A stretch of DNA of 64,000 nucleotides from an uncultured Micavibrio sp. GTDB lineage: Bacteria > Pseudomonadota > Alphaproteobacteria > Micavibrionales > UBA1664. The stretch lies in NCBI GenBank assembly GCA_964531715.1, contig CAZHEE010000006.1, positions 9,306 through 73,305 on the forward strand, read 5' to 3'. The notes under the pieces are model-generated. The model was not told where the DNA came from. It made no database searches and worked only from the letters and a program-made list of their open reading frames with translations. This document shows positions 58,281 through 64,000 of the stretch, in pieces. The translations under genes and the position numbers were made by a program. The first letter of the stretch is position 1. Each line of letters starts with the position of its first letter.

Positions 58281-59963
58281 ATGAGTGAGAGTGAAGCAAA
58301 TCAGGATTACCGCGTTTTAGCGCGCAAATACCGCCCTTCCAATTTTGAGGAGCTGATCGGGCAGGATGCGCTTGTCCGTACGCTTAAAAATGCGATTGAG
58401 GCCAACCGCGTGGCACATGCTTTTATCTTAACGGGTATTCGCGGAACGGGGAAAACGACAACCGCACGCATTATTGCAAAGGCCTTGAATTACACAGGCG
58501 CAGATGGGCAGAGCGGTCCGACAGGCGGCGACACGGCGGATTGCGAAGTTTGCCAAGCTATTGCTGAAGATCGCCATCCTGACGTGATGGAGATGGATGC
58601 GGCCTCACGCACGGGGATTGATGATATCCGCGAGATTTTGGATGGTGTCCGCTATGCCCCTATCTCCGCCCGCTATAAGATTTATATCATTGACGAGATT
58701 CATATGCTGTCAAAGCAGGCCTTTAACGCCTTGCTGAAAACCCTTGAGGAGCCGCCATCCCACGTAAAATTTATCTTCGCGACAACGGAAATCCGTAAGG
58801 TTCCGGTCACAATTTTATCACGGTGCCAGCGTTTTGACCTGAAACGGATTGAAACCGAAACCCTTAAGGCGCACTTTGCCACTATCTGCAAAAAAGAAAA
58901 TGTCGAGGCAGAAGATGAGGCCTTACAACTCATCGCAATGGCGGCGGATGGGTCGGTGCGTGACGGATTGTCCCTCCTTGACCAAGCAATGGCAATGGGG
59001 GAGGCAGGCAAGGTGACGGCGGAAGATACGGCAACGATGCTGGGTGCCAGTGACCGCCTGAAAATTCTTGATTTGGTTGAGGCGTCACTCGGCGGACAGG
59101 CTGCAAATGCGCTTGGCATTATGCGCGACCTGTATGCCATGGGTGCCGCGCCTGATACGGTTGTGCAGGATGTGATGGATATGGTTCATGGCTTAAGTGT
59201 CCTGACCGTTACGGATAATACAGGGTTGGATACGCTTCCCCATGCAGGTATGGATAAGGCGAAAGCCATGGCGGCAAAGCTCACAATGATGCAGCTTCAA
59301 CGCGCATGGCAAATTTTGATGAAAGGCATGGTTGAGCTTCATAATGCGCCGAATGCTCAAAAAACCGCCGAGATGATTATCTTAAGGTTGATTTTCGCCG
59401 CGGATATGCCCGACCCTGCGGACTTATTAAAGAAAATTAAGGCTGAAAAACAAACGCAAGCCATCGCGTCTGAACAAAATGCAAATGGGCATGACGGCGG
59501 CAATCAACCGCAATTAAGGGCGATTGCAGGCGGCGGGCAGGCCGTGATGCAAACCGCACCGCTTGAGAATCCCAAGCCGTATAATCAAGAAAGCCCTGAA
59601 ACTTTAGAAGCAATGATAGATTTGTTTGAGCGAAATCGTGAGATGATGCTGGCTGACCATCTCTATCGCAATATCGCGTGCATAACTCTAAAAAAAGGCG
59701 TGTTCGAATTTGTCCCTTACGAGGCTGCGCCGCCAGATTTTGCAGGGCGTGTGCGGTCTTGTTTGCAAGACTGGACAGGGGAACAGTGGATGGTGAGTGT
59801 AACACGGCGGCAGGATGGTGCCCTATCACTTGCCGAGAAAAAACATGCGGCGGAGCAGGAGCAATCAGAAGCCTTGCTGGAAAATTCGACAGTCAAATCG
59901 GTTTTGGATGTTTTTCCCGATGCCGAAATTGTGAAAATTTATAAGTTAAATAAAGAAACTTAA
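58281..59963 (+). CDS. dnaX: DNA polymerase III subunit gamma/tau
   Basis: Motifs LARKYRP, GIRGTGKTT, MDAAS, IIDEIHML, LLKTLEEPP, SRCQRF and GSVRD.LS.LDQ. Confidence 0.97.
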   Translation: MSESEANQDYRVLARKYRPSNFEELIGQDALVRTLKNAIEANRVAHAFILTGIRGTGKTTTARIIAKALNYTGADGQSGPTGGDTADCEVCQAIAEDRHPDVMEMDAASRTGIDDIREILDGVRYAPISARYKIYIIDEIHMLSKQAFNALLKTLEEPPSHVKFIFATTEIRKVPVTILSRCQRFDLKRIETETLKAHFATICKKENVEAEDEALQLIAMAADGSVRDGLSLLDQAMAMGEAGKVTAEDTATMLGASDRLKILDLVEASLGGQAANALGIMRDLYAMGAAPDTVVQDVMDMVHGLSVLTVTDNTGLDTLPHAGMDKAKAMAAKLTMMQLQRAWQILMKGMVELHNAPNAQKTAEMIILRLIFAADMPDPADLLKKIKAEKQTQAIASEQNANGHDGGNQPQLRAIAGGGQAVMQTAPLENPKPYNQESPETLEAMIDLFERNREMMLADHLYRNIACITLKKGVFEFVPYEAAPPDFAGRVRSCLQDWTGEQWMVSVTRRQDGALSLAEKKHAAEQEQSEALLENSTVKSVLDVFPDAEIVKIYKLNKET

Positions 59964-59964
59964 A

Positions 59965-60330
59965 TTGTCATTCTGAGCAAAGCGAAGAATCCCCAAAAAT
60001 GGTCAAAACACATAATTATTACGTTTACATTATGACGAACAAATCTCATTCTACTGTTTATACAGGTGTCACCAATAATTTAGTTCGCCGCGTGTGGGAA
60101 CATCAAAATAAAACAGCGGACGGATTTACAAAAAAATATAACTGCACAAAATTAGTTTTCTTTGAGCACGGAAACTGTATAGAAGGTGCCATAAAGCGTG
60201 AAAAGGAAATAAAAGGCTGGCTGAGAAAAAAGAAAAATAATCTTATCGAAATGAATAATCCTTTATGGGAAGATTTAGGATTAAAGTTAGATATTATAGA
60301 TTAGATTCTTCGCTTTGCTCAGAATGACAA
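59965..60330. mobile_element. Candidate GIY-YIG/REP cassette bounded by perfect 27-bp inverted repeats
   Basis: TTGTCATTCTGAGCAAAGCGAAGAATC (59965-59991) and its exact reverse complement (60304-60330) enclose only the GIY-YIG gene, inside dnaX-ybaB. Confidence 0.7.
59999..60304 (+). CDS. GIY-YIG nuclease family protein (small stand-alone)
   Basis: Motifs YYVYIMTN..VYTGVTNNLVRRVWEH, FTKKY, AIKREKEIKGW.RKKK..LIE..NP.WEDL. AT-richer than the flanking genes. Confidence 0.92.
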   Translation: MVKTHNYYVYIMTNKSHSTVYTGVTNNLVRRVWEHQNKTADGFTKKYNCTKLVFFEHGNCIEGAIKREKEIKGWLRKKKNNLIEMNNPLWEDLGLKLDIID

Positions 60331-60359
60331 AACTAATACATAAAAAGGAGTAAGTCTCA

Positions 60360-60680
60360 ATGGATATGATGAAAATGATGCAACAGGCCAAGCAAATGCA
60401 GGAAAAAATGCAAACAATGACGGCTGAGCTTGACAATGTTGAGGTAACAGGCAGTGCAGGCGGCGGCATGGTCAAGGCGACCATGACATGTAAAGGGCAT
60501 ATGCGCGGCCTTGAAATTGCCCCTGAAGTCATTGACCCTGCGGAGCCTGAAATCTTGCAAGACCTTATCATTGCCGCCGTGAATGACGCGCGGGCGAAAG
60601 GGGAGCAGACACTCGCCGACCGTACGAAAGACATGATGTCTTCGATGGGGCTCCCTGCGGATATTAAACTCCCGTTTTAA
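60360..60680 (+). CDS. ybaB: YbaB/EbfC nucleoid-associated protein
   Basis: Motifs MMQQAKQMQEKM, GSAGGGMV and LQDLIIAAVNDA. AAGGAG RBS. Confidence 0.95.
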   Translation: MDMMKMMQQAKQMQEKMQTMTAELDNVEVTGSAGGGMVKATMTCKGHMRGLEIAPEVIDPAEPEILQDLIIAAVNDARAKGEQTLADRTKDMMSSMGLPADIKLPF

Positions 60681-60691
60681 ATCTTATTATA

Positions 60692-61300
60692 ATGGATGAA
60701 ATAGACAAGATTTTTACATCGCAATGCGATTTTATAGCGGGCGTGGATACGCTCGACTGGTTACCGCCTGCGACTTTGCCAGAGGTTGCATTCGCCGGGC
60801 GGTCAAATGTCGGGAAATCAACATTGATAAATGCGCTTACCGCGCGAAAGAAACTGGCGCGGACATCCAACACACCCGGGCGAACGCAACAGCTCAATTT
60901 CTTTAATATCGGCGAAACATTCCATTTGGTCGATATGCCTGGTTATGGCTATGCAAAGGTTTCAAAATCGAAAATCAAGAATTGGACGAAGGTTTTAGAA
61001 AACTATCTGAAAGGGCGCGTGACCTTACGCCTCGCGCTTGTGCTTGTTGATTCCCGCCATGGGTTGAAAGACGGCGACCGCGAGATGATGGACTTACTCA
61101 ATAAGGCCGCGGTGCCTTACCGCGTGGTTTTGACTAAAACTGATAAAGCCAATCAGGCCGAGCTTACAAAAACACTGGAAACTGTTGCAAAAGAGCTTAA
61201 GAAAAACCCTGCCGCCCATCCCGAGCCTATATTGACCGCAGCAGAAAAAAAGCATGGTATTCAAGAATTAAGGCAAATTATCAGCCATTCCGTACTATAA
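60692..61300 (+). CDS. engB: Ribosome biogenesis GTPase EngB/YihA
   Basis: Motifs GRSNVGKS, SNTPGRTQ, DMPGYGYA, DSRHG and TKTDK. Confidence 0.95.
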   Translation: MDEIDKIFTSQCDFIAGVDTLDWLPPATLPEVAFAGRSNVGKSTLINALTARKKLARTSNTPGRTQQLNFFNIGETFHLVDMPGYGYAKVSKSKIKNWTKVLENYLKGRVTLRLALVLVDSRHGLKDGDREMMDLLNKAAVPYRVVLTKTDKANQAELTKTLETVAKELKKNPAAHPEPILTAAEKKHGIQELRQIISHSVL

Positions 61301-61337
61301 AATTGAAAAATTATAAAAATAACTTATCTAGAAATAT

Positions 61338-61547
61338 ATGGTTTATTTCATCATTGCATTTGGGCTAGCTGTTGCCATATTGGCAGCTATTTATAGTCTT
61401 GGAGGCGGGGCTACATATCTTGCAGGTTTTAATGCGTTTCTTGGCGCAAATGCCTTACTCTATGTTATTTTTGCCATTATTCTGATCATATTGATGACTG
61501 CCATTTGTGCGATGCTGATTATTCGACGCAGACACGCGCGGCGGTGA
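61338..61547 (+). CDS. Small two-TM membrane protein
   Basis: Two hydrophobic helices and a basic tail. Stop overlaps the next gene's GTG (GTGA). Confidence 0.6.
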   Translation: MVYFIIAFGLAVAILAAIYSLGGGATYLAGFNAFLGANALLYVIFAIILIILMTAICAMLIIRRRHARR

Positions 61548-62422
61548 GAAATTTTGACAGCTTTATCGGGATAGATTGGTCAGGTGCGAAAAGCCCAATC
61601 AAAAGCAAAGCAATTGCCGTTGCCACATGCTCTCATGGAAAAGAAGCCCCGACACTCATTAGCCAGAGATGGTCTCGTGAGGATGTCTCCGACTATATTC
61701 AATCACTTTTAGGGCAGGGCAAACGAACATTAATCGGGATAGATTGCAATTTTGGCTATGCCGCACAAACTATTGAAAAGCAATTCGGAAAAGATGCCAC
61801 AGCCGCAAACCTCTGGCAAAAAGTTGAAGAACTCAACACACATCATATGAATTTTTTCGCAGGTGATTTTTTTTCTCACCCTGACTACGCGCCTTATTTC
61901 TGGACAGAAGGCAAAATGCCCGAGAATTTTACTATGCCGCAACGCATGACCGAAACCCAATGTGCAAAAGATGGCTTGGGTCGCCCTGAAAGCCCTTTTA
62001 AACTTATCGGCGCAAAGCAAGTTGGAAAAGGCGGTTTGGCGGGCATGCGCCTTGCCCATTCTCTTAAGCAGAATCAAGGCGATAAAATCGCTATCTGGCC
62101 TTTTGATAGCATTGCACTATGCGACAAGGCAGAAATTATTATCACCGAAATCTACCCGCGGCAATTTATCAAACGGGCAGGCTTTGGTGATAAGAAAATT
62201 AGAGATTGCAATGGCGTGAATATTGCCCTTAAAAATTTAGATAGCTTAAGCATTAAAAACCGTGAAATTTCTGATCATCAAACGGATGCACTCATCTCCG
62301 CGGCGGGCTTAAGGCATTTATGCGGAAACGATGTAGCTATACCCGAAAGCCTAGCCACGCCACCTGCACCTCATCCCATTTTGCAAAAAGAAGGTTGGAT
62401 TTTCGGGGTTGGTCATTTATGA
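61544..62422 (+). CDS. DUF429-like putative RNase H-fold nuclease
   Basis: Acidic motifs FIGIDWSGA, LIGIDCNFG, EIYPR and DHQTDALISA. Confidence 0.6.
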   Translation: MRNFDSFIGIDWSGAKSPIKSKAIAVATCSHGKEAPTLISQRWSREDVSDYIQSLLGQGKRTLIGIDCNFGYAAQTIEKQFGKDATAANLWQKVEELNTHHMNFFAGDFFSHPDYAPYFWTEGKMPENFTMPQRMTETQCAKDGLGRPESPFKLIGAKQVGKGGLAGMRLAHSLKQNQGDKIAIWPFDSIALCDKAEIIITEIYPRQFIKRAGFGDKKIRDCNGVNIALKNLDSLSIKNREISDHQTDALISAAGLRHLCGNDVAIPESLATPPAPHPILQKEGWIFGVGHL

Positions 62423-62432
62423 ATTGAGAACA

Positions 62433-63368
62433 ATGAAAATAACCCATGACTTTGACGGACAGCGACTTGATCGTTTTTTAAAGGCTCAGTTTCCGTCTCT
62501 TGCTTTCGGGCAGTTACAAAAATTGATCCGCACAGGGCAAATCCGTATCAATGGTAAACGAGTGAAGGCGGACAGCCGCATTTCCGCAGATGATGAGCTA
62601 CGCTTACCCCCTCAAATTTTATCAGGTGATTTTGATAAAAAAGAGCTTACCACCTATTCTCAGACCGATCATGATTTTATAGCTTCGCTCATTCTATATG
62701 AGGATGATGACATTATCGCGCTTAATAAGCCGGCAGGGTTGGCCGTTCAAGGCGGAAGTAAAATCAAGAAACATATTGACGGTTTGCTTCAATCTTATCA
62801 GAAAAAGGGGGTTAAGCCTCGGCTCGTGCATCGGCTGGATAAGGAGACATCAGGCGTGCTTCTGCTTGCCAAGTCGGCAGAGGCCGCACGCAACCTTACA
62901 AAATCTTTCCAAACAAACAGGGTTAAAAAAACCTATCTTGCTGTCACTTGCCCTTCACCAGCACAGCCCAACGGAACTATTAATGCGCCGCTATCAAAGG
63001 CATCGGCGCGCCGTGACGGGGGTGACATGATGGTGCATGATGAAGCGGATGGGAAGCATGCGGTTACAAATTTTGAAGTTTTGGATCAGGCAGGTCATCA
63101 TGCCGCACTTGTCGCCTTTTATCCTGTCACAGGACGAACCCATCAAATACGGGTTCATGCCGCGATTATCGGTGCGCCGTTACTGGGGGATACGAAATAT
63201 AATGACAATCCTTACCCTGAAGAGCTGGGCGAGGCTTCAAAAACGCTTCACCTTCATGCGCGACATATCAGTTTTTCACACCCAATCACGTGGCAGGATA
63301 TGACCTTAACCGCGCCACTACCGTCTGCCTTTATGACCACGGTAAAGAGTTTAGGGTTTGCGTTTTAA
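62433..63368 (+). CDS. RluA-family pseudouridine synthase with S4 domain (RluC-like)
   Basis: S4 motif GQRLDRFL, plus NKPAGLAVQGG, VHRLDKETSG, TGRTHQIRVH and LHLHA. Confidence 0.93.
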   Translation: MKITHDFDGQRLDRFLKAQFPSLAFGQLQKLIRTGQIRINGKRVKADSRISADDELRLPPQILSGDFDKKELTTYSQTDHDFIASLILYEDDDIIALNKPAGLAVQGGSKIKKHIDGLLQSYQKKGVKPRLVHRLDKETSGVLLLAKSAEAARNLTKSFQTNRVKKTYLAVTCPSPAQPNGTINAPLSKASARRDGGDMMVHDEADGKHAVTNFEVLDQAGHHAALVAFYPVTGRTHQIRVHAAIIGAPLLGDTKYNDNPYPEELGEASKTLHLHARHISFSHPITWQDMTLTAPLPSAFMTTVKSLGFAF

Positions 63369-63391
63369 AGCAAATAAGCTAGCCTGTATCC

Positions 63392-64000
63392 ATGGAAAAT
63401 CTGTCTGTAAATGACCTTAAGAAATTTATAACGCCTGCTGTTTTAACAGGGCTCGCGGCTATAGTTATCGGTCTATTATTTTATTTTGCACAATGGCATT
63501 ATTCCGAAGATGGACATGAAACGCTTTTAGGGTTTTATATTGTTCTATGTATCTTTCTGGCACTCGCATTACAGTTCAGAAAAAAATCATTAGTCATTTT
63601 TATCGCGGTGTTAATAGTATTGAATTTTACTTACGCCTATTTAAAATTTGATTGGCGGAAAGATTATATTCAAAACGCGGAAAACGGTCAATTTCCTGCC
63701 ATTAATCAGTATATCGATGAATTCCCGTCTTTTGAAGAACACTATTTTGCAAGCCTATTTGACACGCCAAGATGGGCTGCCTTTTCCAAAGAATGTTTTG
63801 AGCCTGCGCTTGATAACATGCCGATGGCGCAGGAATGTATGTCGGCAAATTTGATTGCTGATAATTATGGAATTGATATTAGTTCTGTCATAGATAGTCA
63901 CTACGAAAAAATGAAACGCACCGCTCAAATGGTTCAAAGCGGCAGTATCGTTAATGCAAATTTCTATCGAAACTGTCTGAATAGCAGAAATTGCGCTTTT
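63392..64000 (+). CDS. Hypothetical membrane protein (3' end runs off the window)
   Basis: Not in the ORF track. The frame is open from ATG 63392 (MENLSVNDLKKFITPAVLTGLAAIVIGLLFYF...) to the window end, with three hydrophobic segments followed by a Cys-containing soluble part. Confidence 0.7.
   Translation, partial: MENLSVNDLKKFITPAVLTGLAAIVIGLLFYFAQWHYSEDGHETLLGFYIVLCIFLALALQFRKKSLVIFIAVLIVLNFTYAYLKFDWRKDYIQNAENGQFPAINQYIDEFPSFEEHYFASLFDTPRWAAFSKECFEPALDNMPMAQECMSANLIADNYGIDISSVIDSHYEKMKRTAQMVQSGSIVNANFYRNCLNSRNCAF

Noticed and set aside
59688-59698. A7-G run in dnaX resembling the E. coli gamma/tau frameshift site
   Set aside because: The in-frame heptamer is A_AAA_AAA, it lies late in the gene, and I see no upstream SD-like or downstream hairpin stimulator.
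63648-63937. Two short ORFs at the window end
   Set aside because: They overlap the longer open frame from 63392 that runs off the window, which is the more plausible gene.

Overview
Chromosomal window of an alphaproteobacterium, judged from DivL, the ahcY-divL-tsaE-murU-addB-addA synteny and the alpha-type rnd-kdsD-lptCAB run. The many orphan genes would fit a Micavibrio-like lineage, but that is inference only. Most of it is housekeeping: nuoABC, guaA, ahcY, addAB, rpmI-rplT, clpS, acpP-fabF, DsbD/DsbA redox genes, tRNA-Ala(GGC), rlmE, porin, LPS transport, dnaB, NAD-GDH, SRP RNA, dnaX-ybaB, engB and a RluA-family synthase. The most unusual observations: (1) A GIY-YIG nuclease gene sits between perfect 27-bp hairpin inverted repeats inside dnaX-ybaB, and gene-less relatives of those repeats recur in intergenic regions, some with other repeat families nested inside. 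This is a candidate GIY-YIG-driven REP/REPIN-like system. (2) A calcium-themed run: EF-hand microprotein, TerD-fold protein, Ca2+/Na+ antiporter, TerD, nucleoside hydrolase. (3) A divergent nucleoside hydrolase / UPRTase-like / HAD nucleotidase trio next to guaA. (4) Tandem NrdR boxes plus a Fur-like box in front of an unknown 81-aa gene rather than a ribonucleotide reductase. (5) A stand-alone FtsK gamma domain immediately behind the tRNA. (6) A two-partner secretion pair whose passenger lacks an in-frame start, and a -1 frameshift in an M32 carboxypeptidase; both may be homopolymer sequencing errors. All calls come from motif recognition by eye; no database searches were run.
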